In this document: positions 1-9,833 of the stretch, piece after piece
How positions within the stretch are numbered: position 1 is the first letter of the stretch
Layout of the letters: each line of letters starts with the position of its first letter
DNA from: Bacteroidota bacterium
Lineage (GTDB): Bacteria; Bacteroidota; Bacteroidia; 2-12-FULL-35-15
Direction: 5' to 3'
DNA: 64,000 nt
NCBI GenBank assembly: GCA_016707685.1
Contig: JADJHE010000004.1
Location: 60,007 to 124,006, forward strand
Notes under the pieces: generated by a model
What the model saw: the letters and a program-made list of their open reading frames with translations, nothing else
The model's database searches: none
Told to the model about the DNA's origin: nothing
Translations under genes and position numbers: made by a program

Positions 1-1993
1 AATGCAACCAATCTAATGGATGAGGGTGAATATCAAACAACAACTCTCCTCCGTAAAGAAGTGCATTGCCAGACACAAAACCAAAAACGGTATAACCATC
101 TCTAATAGAATCCTGATTGGAATAAGCATTCATTTTTTGCAAGTAAATATAATTCGTAATGGAATTTGCAAATACATCCACTTGTGCAGTTACATGTGTA
201 GAATTTATGCCCAAAGAATAATCAGCCTGGAAACTATGTTCTGGTTTCAATTTTTTATTACCAATTTCATATCTAATTGTTCCTTCGTGCACACCATTTG
301 CAGAAAACTCAGCAATATTAGGAGCACGGTATCCTTTCGATAAATTAAACTTTGTGGTAATATCTTCTGAAATCTGAAACGTAAATCCAAAGCTACCTGA
401 TAATCCCGAAAAAGTAGAGTTAGTGTATTCAAATTGCCTGTAGGCAGATGTATCTGAAACATCTACTTTTTGGCCATCCGAATTCACATATAAATCAGCT
501 ACATTCAGCATTCTAACATCGTATCTTATTCCAGCTGATATATCAAGTCGATTCTTTCTTTTATGAGCAAGAATAAACCCACCAATATCAAACAAATCAT
601 AATCAGGAATCAAAAACTCTACACCCTTGTTCTTTGAGTTTTGTTGCATCCCATTAATGCCAAAAGAAACATTCAAATCATTCTTATTAGGCAATACATA
701 TCGCACATCATAATTTACGGTGTTTAATAAAAAGAATAAACCATATTGAGATTGCTTTAATACGTCTGCATATTCTTTTCGTTGATTCTGTTGAAAACCT
801 ACAATTGCCTTCAAATTACCCTTACCTAAAACAAAATTGTTATTTAAAACTGCCTTATAATGATTTATCTTTTGATAAGGAGCATATAATTTTGTATGCA
901 TAAAATCATTATCCGTGGCAATTGTTTCCACAATAGTTGTATCATTAAAGGCGATGGGTTTTATAAAACTTCCAGTTAAACTATCCCTTTCACCTTCAAC
1001 GATTCCCGGCATCATTTCATACGCACTAAAATGCAAATGAGAATATCCCCATGATTTATTAAGACCTAAAACGCCACTTATTGTGTTTTCTAAAAATCCT
1101 GAATTAAAAACATATCCATCATATCTATTTTTGTAAGCATGAGCTGATTTGTTTGAATAACGAACATCCCAAATCAAACCTTTTAGATTTCCATTTACGT
1201 TAGCAGAAATTGCTTTAAGTCCATTATTTGTTTGGTAATTCGTAATTATATTCCCTTTGATTTTTCCTTCAGGTAATGTTGGTGCAGAAACAAAATTAAT
1301 AACACCGGCAATTGCATCCGACCCGTAAGACAAACTAGCAGGACCTTTTAATATTTCTACTTTGTCTACAGAATATTCATCTATTTCTAAACCATGTTCA
1401 TCACCCCACTGCTGGCCCTCTTGTCGAATACCATCATTTACAATAACAATACGGTTGTAACCAAGGCCTCTAATAACAGGCTTAGAGATTCCTGTGCCTG
1501 TTGACACTTGATTTATCCCTGGCTGAGTTGTTAAAGCATCTACAATATTTGTGGCTGATGCTTGAAGCAAATCGGTTTTCGAAACAATTGTTGTTGGGGT
1601 TGGTGTTCTTTTCAACTCACTTGCCGTTGACAACCCTGCTACTACAATCTCATCCATTTCTTTTATAGACGACTCCATTTCAAAATTTCTAGTATTTACA
1701 TCTGCAAGATTAATTGTTTCTATAACCGTTTTATAGCCAATTAAACTAACATGAAATAGCAATTGTGATGAGGGTAAATTTTCAATTAAATAAGTACCAT
1801 CCGCTTTTGAAATGGTTCCTTTTTTTAAATCTGGAATATATATGATAACACCTGGCAATTTTTCCCCAGTTGCTTTATCTACAATACTTCCTGATATACT
1901 TTTCTTTCCAATCCCTGCAGAGCCTTCAGTGGCTGATGCATGACTTATAACAATGAACAATATCATTGTTATATATAAATATATTGACTTCAT
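1..1993 (-). CDS. TonB-dependent outer-membrane receptor with N-terminal carboxypeptidase-regulatory-like domain; 3' end runs off the window edge
   Basis: The minus-strand frame is open from the ATG at 1993 to position 1. My translation gives a signal peptide (MKSIYLYITMILFIVISHASA), GSIVDKATGEKLPGVIIYIPDLKKGTISKADGTYLIENLPS (CarbopepD_reg-like), then plug-domain motifs (MDEIVV, ISKPVIRGLGYNRIVIVNDGIRQEGQQWG, GPASLSYGSDAIAGVINF) and a beta-barrel. It is absent from the ORF track because no stop lies inside the window. Confidence 0.8.
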   Translation of the reverse strand, partial: MKSIYLYITMILFIVISHASATEGSAGIGKKSISGSIVDKATGEKLPGVIIYIPDLKKGTISKADGTYLIENLPSSQLLFHVSLIGYKTVIETINLADVNTRNFEMESSIKEMDEIVVAGLSTASELKRTPTPTTIVSKTDLLQASATNIVDALTTQPGINQVSTGTGISKPVIRGLGYNRIVIVNDGIRQEGQQWGDEHGLEIDEYSVDKVEILKGPASLSYGSDAIAGVINFVSAPTLPEGKIKGNIITNYQTNNGLKAISANVNGNLKGLIWDVRYSNKSAHAYKNRYDGYVFNSGFLENTISGVLGLNKSWGYSHLHFSAYEMMPGIVEGERDSLTGSFIKPIAFNDTTIVETIATDNDFMHTKLYAPYQKINHYKAVLNNNFVLGKGNLKAIVGFQQNQRKEYADVLKQSQYGLFFLLNTVNYDVRYVLPNKNDLNVSFGINGMQQNSKNKGVEFLIPDYDLFDIGGFILAHKRKNRLDISAGIRYDVRMLNVADLYVNSDGQKVDVSDTSAYRQFEYTNSTFSGLSGSFGFTFQISEDITTKFNLSKGYRAPNIAEFSANGVHEGTIRYEIGNKKLKPEHSFQADYSLGINSTHVTAQVDVFANSITNYIYLQKMNAYSNQDSIRDGYTVFGFVSGNALLYGGELLFDIHPHPLDWLH

Positions 1994-2048
1994 ATAAATT
2001 GTATAAAAATTAATGATGCATCGATTAATCATCGACAAAAATTAAATT

Positions 2049-2363
2049 TTATACAAGAGGTGGAGCTCGGGAAGGAAGTAAATAATTAAATTCAATTGAA
2101 ACTTGCTCTACTTTGAAAGGATTGAAAACAAAACATTTTCCATTATCAAGCACAAAGCAAAAAGGAGAAATTAAATCTGCTGAGGAAGAAAAAGTATAAT
2201 CACAAATAGAACAAGAATGCTCTAATTCATGAAAATGTTTGTCAGAAGCTGAACAATGAACGTCATCGGCATGTTCAATAGCATGAATCTCTTTCTCTAC
2301 CAAAGGGAATAGAAAAAGAAATAAGAAAATTATTGAACAATATTTTTTAAACGTTTCTTTCAT
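2049..2363 (-). CDS. small exported His/Cys-rich protein (putative metal-binding), co-oriented immediately upstream of the TonB-dependent receptor
   Basis: 104-aa ORF with an N-terminal hydrophobic signal/TM (SIIFLFLFLFPLV) and a mature part HAIEHADDVHCSASDKHFHELEHSCSICDY. A 55-bp gap separates it from the receptor start. Confidence 0.45.
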   Translation of the reverse strand: MKETFKKYCSIIFLFLFLFPLVEKEIHAIEHADDVHCSASDKHFHELEHSCSICDYTFSSSADLISPFCFVLDNGKCFVFNPFKVEQVSIEFNYLLPSRAPPLV

Positions 2364-2407
2364 TTACTTTTACAAATGTAACCAATTTTATTTTTAAATA
2401 TTACAAA

Positions 2408-2857
2408 ATGCAAATTTCAAGATTCAATATTCGTGTATATGGTCTATTAATAAACGATTTCAATCAAGTATTAATAAGCGATGAAATCATAAAAGGACAT
2501 TATATAACAAAATTTCCGGGAGGAGGATTAGAGTTTGGCGAAGGAATTATCGACTGCTTGAAACGAGAATTTAGGGAAGAGACGAATAATGATATTGAGG
2601 TCGTGAGACATTTCTATACAACTGATTTTTTTCAGCAATCGGCTTACAATCCAAGCCATCAAATAATCAGCATTTACTATATTGTTAAGGAAGGGAATAG
2701 CTTTAATTTAAAAACGACAAGCACACCCTTTGATTTTAAAGAACACATCGATGAGGCGCAAGCTTTCAGATGGTTATCCATAAAAGAGTTGACGGAAGAG
2801 CAATTTAGTTTACCGATTGATAAACTTGTATCTCTACTACTTAAAGAACAAGCATAA
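2408..2857 (+). CDS. NUDIX hydrolase
   Basis: Nudix box GGGLEFGEGIIDCLKREFREETN in a 149-aa ORF. Confidence 0.85.
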   Translation: MQISRFNIRVYGLLINDFNQVLISDEIIKGHYITKFPGGGLEFGEGIIDCLKREFREETNNDIEVVRHFYTTDFFQQSAYNPSHQIISIYYIVKEGNSFNLKTTSTPFDFKEHIDEAQAFRWLSIKELTEEQFSLPIDKLVSLLLKEQA

Positions 2858-2861
2858 AAAA

Positions 2862-2886
2862 ACGAGCAACAATTAATGTTGCTCGT
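2862..2886 (+). terminator. hairpin (acgagcaac/gttgctcgt) after the NUDIX gene, weak T-tract
   Basis: 9-bp inverted repeat with a 7-nt loop, 5 nt after the stop codon. No clear U-run follows. Confidence 0.3.
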
Positions 2887-2927
2887 AAGTAGTTTGTTGA
2901 GTAGTAAAAACAGTGTATAATGTATAT

Positions 2928-3275
2928 CTAATTGGCTGATATATTAAAATCTAAAATCACCTTGCTGCCGTTGTCTTCAAACGTAACCTTGTCGGCTAAA
3001 TTTTTCATTAAGAAAACACCTCTTCCATTCGGCTTTTCAATATTCTCAGGATTTGTTGGATCAGGCAAAGATGTATGATTAAATCCTGCACCTTCATCTT
3101 TTACAATAAACGAAACATGATCTGGATGCGATTTAAAAGAAATATCAATACTCTTGTTTGGGTTTGCTTGATTGCCATGATAAATTGCATTATTAACCGC
3201 TTCGGTTAAGGCTACAAGTATATTACCATAATAATCTTCGCTAATGTTAAAAACGTCACAAACGTCTTCAATCAT
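2928..3275 (-). CDS. GHKL/HATPase_c-type ATP-binding protein, anti-sigma-factor-like Ser kinase (RsbW/SpoIIAB family)
   Basis: 115 aa with LVALTEAVNNAIYHG (N-box) and VKDEGAGF...GRGVFLMKNLADKV (G-boxes). It lies downstream of the 1131-aa gene and is co-oriented with it. Confidence 0.65.
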   Translation of the reverse strand: MIEDVCDVFNISEDYYGNILVALTEAVNNAIYHGNQANPNKSIDISFKSHPDHVSFIVKDEGAGFNHTSLPDPTNPENIEKPNGRGVFLMKNLADKVTFEDNGSKVILDFNISAN

Positions 3276-3344
3276 TTTTCTACCAAAATAATATTTTCAG
3301 CTTTAGAGCTAATTCTAATTTTTTGATTTTCGGCAAGTACCATC

Positions 3345-6300
3345 TTAGTTATCTATGTTATTGAAATACTGATTAACTTTTGACTTATAAAACGGATTTA
3401 ATGACGGTGGAACCGTTTTTAGTAGTTCCGTTTCTTTTAGTTTCAGTCTGTTATACTCAAAAAATTGATTAGGGTTACTAAAATTTTCATTTTTTGCTTC
3501 ATTTGATTGTCTTTTTTCATCCATTTCCCTCTCCTTCTCTGCTTTTTCGTGCTCTAGAAGGCGAGTTAAAATTTCTTGTTGGCGCTTCATTGTCTCCGGA
3601 CTAATCAATTTATTTACTAAATCGGTCTCGGTTTCTTCCATTTCTTTGGCCAATTTGCTCATATTACCCGAACCTTTTCCATCTTTATTGATTTGATCGG
3701 CCATTTTTTGAAGTTCTTGACGAATTGCCTCCTGTTGAGCCGCTAATTTTGCAATTTCCTGGCTCATACCACCCATTCCCATCCCAGGTTTCTGTCCTGG
3801 TTTATTTCCTCCTTTTTCGAGCCCCTCCTTCATCTTTTGAATTTGCTTGTTTAATTGCTCCTGCATTTGACGCAAATTCGCCATAGAAGGTTTTTTGCCG
3901 TTTCCACCTGGCTTATTACAACTTCCGCTTCCAGGTTTCTGGCTTTTTGCTTGCGCCTGCATTTGGCTCAATGCCTCATTTAACATCAATGCTAAATTAT
4001 TGATGGATGTCATAGCAAACTGCTGCCTACTTTGTGCCTCTTGTTTATGATTTTTACCATCGTAAGCTGGTGTCTGCGATTCTTTAATTTCAGCAACAGC
4101 CTTTTCCATGTTCATATTGATAGCACTAATCTCTTTATTAACTGCCGATTTAATTTGTGGAACACGCTTACTCAATGCCAACAGACTATCTTCAATCATT
4201 TTACTATCATCCTGTAATTTTTTTTGTTTTTGATTGATTTTAAAATACTGAGGGTCATTCGGTTTTGCTTTCGCCAATTCGCCCATTAATGATTCTTGAT
4301 TAAATGAAAGTTGAATTAGGTTTTCCAACAAATCTCTCATTTTATTCATATCTTCAGCTGCTTGCTCCTGAGCTTCCTGAGCTTGCATTGCTGCCAATTC
4401 TTTACTCATCTCCTGCATTTTTTGAGCAGCACTTTTTTGAGATTTTGCAGCCTCTTTTTTCTGATTCCCTTGTAGTTGCTCACTACTATTTTGCATTTCC
4501 TTCTGTATGTCCTGCTGCTTTTGTTCTGTATCCTCCATTTTTTGAGGTTCTTCTAGCTCTGCATTCTTCTTCTCCAATTCCTTCAAATCCTTTTTTACAT
4601 CTTCGAATTGTTTATTCAACTCATCCTGCTTCGCCTTTTGCTCTTTCGAATCAGCATTTTTCTCTTCTGTTTTTTTAGCTAAATCTTCTTGCTTTTTCGA
4701 AAGTTCATCTAATTTATCAATGCTTTCTTGAAGCTTTTGCTCAAATTCCAACTGCTTAAATATTTCCAAATTACGATCCAGCTCTTTCATTAAATCTTTG
4801 TTATCAAGCTTCATCTTTTCCAATGCCTCTTGAATCTTGTCCTTGTCCATCTTCTCCATCAACTTTTGAAGCTCATTGTACTTCTCTTTCATCTCAGGTG
4901 TCATCACCTTATCAAACAACTCTTCTAATTGCTTTTGTTTTTCAAGCATTTCTTCATTGGGCTGCTTGTACTCATTTTGTTGTTGAAGGTTTTGGTTGTT
5001 TTCATTCTTAATGTTATCTACCTTTTTCTGAAGCTCTTTTTGTTTATTTAAAAGCTCCTCCATTTTTTTCTTCTCTTCCCATGTCAGTGTTTTTTTCTCT
5101 GCAAGCTTACGCTGTAAATCACTTAGTGCTTTTTGAACATCTTTCGCTTGATTAATACTCTCTTGTAAATCTTCTTTTATTTTATCATTGTTTTTTTCAG
5201 TTTTATCCTCCAATTCATTCAAGGTTGGAGCTTTAAAAATCATTTTTTGAGAGCGCGTAGATTTACTTCCAACAACACCATCATTATCCCATACTTCAAA
5301 ATAGTATTCAATTTGATCACCTGGCACAACTTCTAATTGGTTCAAATCCCAATAATGGAAAAAGGCTTCTTGGGTAATTACTTTATTAATATCAATTGTA
5401 GTTGAATTGGTTGTTATTTTTTTATACTTATCTGTTATAGCAGAATCATTGTTCACTATAAAACGATAACTAAATGTAAGTTTCGAAAAACCATAATCGT
5501 CCTTTATAGAACCATTAAAATAAATGCGTTTAGTTGACGTGCTATCTTTTCGTTCTTCAAAATTAATTTGTGGATAAGCATCGGGGATTACATTAATTGT
5601 ATATGTTACCGAATCTTTACTTTTTAGGAAACTATTGGATGTGGTTATGGAGTATGTTTTATCGCTAAACAATCTTAATGAATGAGAAAAATTATTTTCA
5701 GAAGTTGGTGCTATAGAAAAAGCTGTATCTGCAAAATTCAGTTTTAATTGTTTTGTGTTTTGAGTTGTAAAGTTCCAGCTAACTCTTGTTCCTGTCGGAA
5801 CTATTAAGTCGCCCGTATTTTTAACCTGCTCATCTTTTTTATTTAAATAAGCTGGATAATGAAGTGCTATATCAAAATTTAACAAAACAGGATTCGGTAA
5901 TGCTACCAGCTCATATTCTTTTGATTGAAAACCATCGGCCAACAATTTAAATACCACATTCTGCTGCACATTTTTAAAAATATAATTAAAGTTGACAATG
6001 TTTTCTTTTTCTAATTTGAACTCATTGCCATCAATTTCTATAAATGCATTCTCGGGAATTTCGTCTCCTATAAGCTTTACTTTTAATTCATAATCCTCTT
6101 GAGTAACAGTTTTTAAATTTTCATTCGTTATTACAAACTGAAAAGGAGCTTCTTTCTCAAAATAGTCGGCATGTTTTACCAAACGTTTTGTACTATCAGT
6201 AATTAAACTGGGAGCAGCGAACAACAAAACAACAATAAATAAGAAAGGAATTAAAGCGTATTTGATATAGCGTTTATTGTCAGAAAAATTAACTGCAGAG

Positions 6301-6740
6301 CTAAATGCCACTGGTTTTAATTCACTAATTTTTTGATTGATACTTGCTTCAACAAGCTGGCTCGTATAGTCATTATTATTAATAGATTGCTCTTGAAGTT
6401 GTAATACATTTAGAAGTTTATCCTGAACATTTGTAAAATGCATGCCAATAATAGAAGAAGCTTCTTTATATGAAATAATTTTCCCGAATCGATATAATTT
6501 TAAAACAGGGATAACAATGTATTTAACTAAAATGAAAGTACTAGAAACAAGGAACAGGTAAAATAAAATAGTACGAATGGTAGAATTAAAATGTGCAGCT
6601 GACTCTAGAAGTGTAACAGCAATAAAGCTAACCAACAGCAAAGCAGTACTGTAAATCAATCCTTTTAACAATTGATTTTTGTAGTACTTACGAATAAATT
6701 CGTCTAGTTTATTAATTAAGCTATTGTAGTTTGCGTGCAT
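3345..6740 (-). CDS. 1131-aa membrane-anchored protein: N-terminal TM helices, beta-rich (Ig-like) region, ~450-aa K/E/Q-rich coiled coil, Gly-rich segment (DUF4175-like)
   Basis: Single long ORF with hydrophobic segments LIYSTALLLVSFIAVTLL, ILFYLFLVSSTFILV and ALIPFLFIVVLLFAAPSLI. Low-complexity heptad-like KEL/QKE repeats span roughly residues 510-880. The segment KPGSGSCNKPGGNGKKP...KGGNKPGQKPGMGMGGM follows. Confidence 0.6.
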   Translation of the reverse strand: MHANYNSLINKLDEFIRKYYKNQLLKGLIYSTALLLVSFIAVTLLESAAHFNSTIRTILFYLFLVSSTFILVKYIVIPVLKLYRFGKIISYKEASSIIGMHFTNVQDKLLNVLQLQEQSINNNDYTSQLVEASINQKISELKPVAFSSAVNFSDNKRYIKYALIPFLFIVVLLFAAPSLITDSTKRLVKHADYFEKEAPFQFVITNENLKTVTQEDYELKVKLIGDEIPENAFIEIDGNEFKLEKENIVNFNYIFKNVQQNVVFKLLADGFQSKEYELVALPNPVLLNFDIALHYPAYLNKKDEQVKNTGDLIVPTGTRVSWNFTTQNTKQLKLNFADTAFSIAPTSENNFSHSLRLFSDKTYSITTSNSFLKSKDSVTYTINVIPDAYPQINFEERKDSTSTKRIYFNGSIKDDYGFSKLTFSYRFIVNNDSAITDKYKKITTNSTTIDINKVITQEAFFHYWDLNQLEVVPGDQIEYYFEVWDNDGVVGSKSTRSQKMIFKAPTLNELEDKTEKNNDKIKEDLQESINQAKDVQKALSDLQRKLAEKKTLTWEEKKKMEELLNKQKELQKKVDNIKNENNQNLQQQNEYKQPNEEMLEKQKQLEELFDKVMTPEMKEKYNELQKLMEKMDKDKIQEALEKMKLDNKDLMKELDRNLEIFKQLEFEQKLQESIDKLDELSKKQEDLAKKTEEKNADSKEQKAKQDELNKQFEDVKKDLKELEKKNAELEEPQKMEDTEQKQQDIQKEMQNSSEQLQGNQKKEAAKSQKSAAQKMQEMSKELAAMQAQEAQEQAAEDMNKMRDLLENLIQLSFNQESLMGELAKAKPNDPQYFKINQKQKKLQDDSKMIEDSLLALSKRVPQIKSAVNKEISAINMNMEKAVAEIKESQTPAYDGKNHKQEAQSRQQFAMTSINNLALMLNEALSQMQAQAKSQKPGSGSCNKPGGNGKKPSMANLRQMQEQLNKQIQKMKEGLEKGGNKPGQKPGMGMGGMSQEIAKLAAQQEAIRQELQKMADQINKDGKGSGNMSKLAKEMEETETDLVNKLISPETMKRQQEILTRLLEHEKAEKEREMDEKRQSNEAKNENFSNPNQFFEYNRLKLKETELLKTVPPSLNPFYKSKVNQYFNNIDN

Positions 6741-6821
6741 CTTTATACCAAACGGTTAAACGCATTTATAATTATACCAAAGATACTGAAAATAGAAGGC
6801 ATTAAGAAGTAGATTTTTAAT

Positions 6822-6850
6822 TTTGAAAAACAAAAAATACCTTAACTTTG
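6822..6850 (+). promoter_or_regulatory. Bacteroidetes sigmaA-type promoter for ferritin (-33 TTTG 6822-6825, 17-nt spacer, -7 TAACTTTG 6843-6850)
   Basis: Matches the TTTG-N17-TAnnTTTG consensus 28 nt upstream of the ATG at 6878. Confidence 0.55.
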
Positions 6851-6877
6851 TTTTATTAATACAAAAAACACTAAAAA

Positions 6878-7411
6878 ATGGTAACTAAAAAAGTAGAAAC
6901 AGCATTAAATGAGCAGATTGCTTTAGAAGCATCTTCGTCACAATATTATTTAGCAATGGCATCTTGGGCAGAAACACAAGGCTTAGAAGGAGTTGCCGCT
7001 TTTTTATACACACATGCCGATGAAGAACGTCAGCACATGCTAAAACTCATTAAATATGTAAATGAGAGAGGTGGACAGGCACTTATTCCAGCTTTAAAAG
7101 GGCAGCCACAAAAATTCAAATCGGTACAATTTGTTTTCGAAGAAGTATTAAAGCATGAAGTATTGGTTTCAAATGAGATTAATGCCTTGGTAGAGGTATG
7201 TTTAAAAGAAAAGGATTATACTACTCATAATTTTTTACAATGGTATGTTTCTGAACAAATTGAAGAAGAAGCATTGGCTCGTAAAGTATTGGATAAATTA
7301 AAGCTAATTGGAAAAGATGCAAGTGGCTTATATTTCTTTGATCGTGATATGGGTGGAATGGCTGCTGCATGCTACTGCAGGAAGCGAAAAAGCTTAGTAT
7401 TACTTCTATAA
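6878..7411 (+). CDS. ftnA: ferritin (non-heme, FtnA-like)
   Basis: EQIALEASSSQYYLAMASWAE...ADEERQHMLKLIKYVNERGG ferroxidase-site residues. 177 aa. Confidence 0.85.
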   Translation: MVTKKVETALNEQIALEASSSQYYLAMASWAETQGLEGVAAFLYTHADEERQHMLKLIKYVNERGGQALIPALKGQPQKFKSVQFVFEEVLKHEVLVSNEINALVEVCLKEKDYTTHNFLQWYVSEQIEEEALARKVLDKLKLIGKDASGLYFFDRDMGGMAAACYCRKRKSLVLLL

Positions 7412-7415
7412 AATA

Positions 7416-7452
7416 AAAAATCCCATGCTGAAAAGCATGGGATTTTTATTTT
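7416..7452. terminator. rho-independent terminator (10-bp stem atcccatgct/agcatgggat, GAAA loop, T-run), bidirectional between ferritin and the convergent T9SS gene
   Basis: Perfect 10-bp inverted repeat 7420-7429/7434-7443 followed by tttttatttt. A-run on the other side. Confidence 0.8.
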
Positions 7453-7465
7453 ATAGTATCAATGA

Positions 7466-8572
7466 TTATTTTGCTACTGTAAATTTAGAAGTAACAATAC
7501 CACCATTTGATCTTAATTGGTAGAAATAAACACCAGCAGCTAAATGAATGCTTTCGATATTTACTTTATAAGTACCAGCAGTTTGGTCATTGTATTTGTT
7601 CTCCATTACTTTACGACCTGATTGATCAAAAATCAATAAGCTAACTGTAGAAGAATTTTTTTCTAATGTATACTCAATAACTGTTTTTTCATTAGCAGGA
7701 TTTGGGTATGCATTCATTTTCATTCCGTTAACAAATTCGTTGATTCCAGTTCCTGGACCAGAGCAAATGATTGGGAAAATTGCGATGTCATTATCAACAT
7801 CACCAGTTCCTGTTGCAGAGAAAATGTTGTCAGTTACCATCCACTTGTTGTAACCACCAGCAACATAGTGCCAAGCGTAATCTAAGTTAGCAGCAGAATT
7901 TACATCATCGCACAATAAACCTGCAGTATCACCAGCAGCTAAACCAGCAGTTTCCATTGCAATAGCAAAGTCACCGTTGAAAGTTGGCTCAGATGGAATA
8001 TTGATGATATTAAATCCATTTACATCACCTGTATCGATATCTGTAAATAATAAATCAGCTGATGCCTTAACTGTAGCAGCTGGACCATTGAAATTTAATG
8101 TAGTTGTATTAACTGCACCTGTTCCATTACAAGATCTGTTTGCAGCAACATCGTATAATTTAAAAGTAACTTTTGAAGTTAAAGAACCTGCTAAATCACG
8201 CTCTTTTGCAACAAAAACAACCATTAAATCTGTAACATGCAATTGTGCTCCATTTAAATTACTATACCCTTGAGCACATGTTTTTAATAACGTTGATACG
8301 TTGTTACCATAAACATAACCACCACCAGAATAACCAAAAATTAATGATTGTCCTGTTGGAGCATATTCAGGTAAAAATTCTGGATTTCCACCAGAGAAAC
8401 TGATTAAACCTGCTCCCGCTGTATCAGGACAAGCTAAACGTTCACCAGTTGTTGCTTTGTTAAATGGAATTGCTTTTGTTCCTTTAACTACAGCATGCCC
8501 TAAAGGTGCATTTTGTGCAGATGCTGCAAAGCCAAACAATGCTGCTGCTGCGAATAAGTAAATTTTTTTCAT
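7466..8572 (-). CDS. secreted protein with T9SS type-A C-terminal sorting domain (Por_Secre_tail)
   Basis: Signal peptide MKKIYLFAAAALFGFAASAQ. C-terminus NEFVNG...KVNIESIHLAAGVYFYQLRSNGGIVTSKFTVAK is a typical ~80-aa T9SS CTD. Confidence 0.7.
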   Translation of the reverse strand: MKKIYLFAAAALFGFAASAQNAPLGHAVVKGTKAIPFNKATTGERLACPDTAGAGLISFSGGNPEFLPEYAPTGQSLIFGYSGGGYVYGNNVSTLLKTCAQGYSNLNGAQLHVTDLMVVFVAKERDLAGSLTSKVTFKLYDVAANRSCNGTGAVNTTTLNFNGPAATVKASADLLFTDIDTGDVNGFNIINIPSEPTFNGDFAIAMETAGLAAGDTAGLLCDDVNSAANLDYAWHYVAGGYNKWMVTDNIFSATGTGDVDNDIAIFPIICSGPGTGINEFVNGMKMNAYPNPANEKTVIEYTLEKNSSTVSLLIFDQSGRKVMENKYNDQTAGTYKVNIESIHLAAGVYFYQLRSNGGIVTSKFTVAK

Positions 8573-8660
8573 TTTTAAGATAGATTAGAGTTTTAGATTA
8601 ATTTTACCAAAGTTAAATTATTAATTCCAAAAAAACAATTTCCGATTCCAGCTCTAAAAT

Positions 8661-8695
8661 CAGAAGCCCCCTTCCAAAATGGAAGGGGGCTTCTG
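8661..8695 (-). terminator. rho-independent terminator (15-bp stem cagaagcccccttcc/ggaagggggcttctg) downstream of the 8716..9782 gene
   Basis: Perfect 15-bp inverted repeat with a 5-nt loop. A TTTT run follows on the minus strand. Confidence 0.75.
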
Positions 8696-8715
8696 ATAAA
8701 AATTAGTTAAACAGC

Positions 8716-9782
8716 TTATTTAACAACTACCATTTTCATTGAAGAAGTAACATTTTCGTTTACTTTCAAAGAATAGTAATATACACCAGCAGCTAAATTT
8801 TCAGCATTTACTTTTACTGAATGCTTACCAGCAGCTAAATCACCTTGATTTTGTTCAATAACTTTTTTACCAGTTACATCATAAACGTTTAATGTAACTT
8901 TAGCTGAATTTTGTAATTCATAGCTAATTGAAGTTACTGTTCCAAAAGGGTTTGGAGCATTTTGTGAGAATTTTGCACCGTTAACAAATTCGTTAACACC
9001 AACTGTGTTTTCAACAACATAAATATTATCTAAATACAATACATCCATGTCATTTGCATTGTGTTGGTATGCAATATGAATTTGTTGACCATTTACTGAT
9101 GCTGGAATAGCTACAGTTCTTAACACCCAAGTTGTATCAGTTGTATAAGTTGGTGAAGGATACGCATCTGTTTTTGTATAGATAGCAGTACCTGTGAAAT
9201 CAGCAAATGTTACAGGAGTTGATACAGTAGAAGTTGATTGAACAAAAACTTTGTAACCATCTCTGTATGCAGGATTTGTTCTGTCAAACCAAGACAAAGT
9301 TGCACCATTAGCTGGAATTGTGATAGGACCCATCATCATCCAATTGTTAGCTGTTCCTGCTGGATTAAACCAAGAAGTTGCACGCCAAAAGAATGCTGAA
9401 TCAGTTCCACCAGCTAAATTGGATTTTCCCATGGGAAATACCAGTTGTCATCAGTAAGTTGACTAGAACCATTTACATCAATATTGTCAGAAAATACCAA
9501 TCCCCAATCATCACCAAAACCAGCATTGTTAGTTGGTAAACCATCAATATCTTCAGTAACTAAGTCGAAAGCCGTTTGATCAGCTGCATTTGATAAAAAT
9601 ACACCTGGAGCAGGTAACCACATTAATGTATCACCACCAGCTCTTTCAGCAGGCATTGGCATTACTCTGATTTGTTTGTTTGTTTTGTGAACTGTTGCAG
9701 CAGATGTTCCAACCGCTTTGTTTTGTGCGTTTGCTGATAAAACAACAGCAAAAGCAGCTACTAAAGTGTAGATTTTTTTCAT
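8716..9782 (-). CDS. paralogous T9SS type-A CTD secreted protein, interrupted by a 1-nt frameshift near 9421-9432 (probable sequencing artefact)
   Basis: ORF 9414..9782 carries the signal peptide MKKIYTLVAAFAVVLSANAQ and ends at TAG 9414-9416. ORF 8716..9432 is in an adjacent frame, overlaps by 19 nt and ends with a T9SS CTD (NVYDVTGKKVIEQNQGDLAAGKHSVKVNAENLAAGVYYYSLKVN). The junction is at gggaaaatcc. Confidence 0.6.
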
Positions 9783-9833
9783 TTTTTATTATTTAAGTTA
9801 TTAATTATTTATCATTTTGTTCGATGATATTAC

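Noticed and set aside
20-462. ORFs 20..343 (+) and 247..462 (-) from the six-frame track
   Set aside because: They lie entirely inside the continuous minus-strand TonB-dependent receptor reading frame, which I translated by eye through to position 1. They are out-of-frame or antisense chance ORFs in AT-rich DNA.
4032-5011. Plus-strand ORFs 4032..4217, 4304..4678, 4823..5011
   Set aside because: They are antisense to the coiled-coil region of the 1131-aa gene. The Leu/Phe/Ser-rich translations are the mirror image of K/E-rich codons. I do not treat them as genes.
3500-5200. Apparent tandem DNA repeats in the coiled-coil region
   Set aside because: The repetition is codon-level low complexity (AAA/GAA/CAA-rich) reflecting heptad K/E/Q residues. 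It is not a discrete tandem repeat array or a CRISPR-like structure.
7340-7411. Unusual basic, Cys-containing ferritin C-terminal tail (GGMAAACYCRKRKSLVLLL); a possible frameshift
   Set aside because: An alternative frame would give an Ala-rich tail (AAAATAGSEKA*). There is no homopolymer at the junction and I cannot tell from sequence alone which is real. I kept the ORF as annotated.
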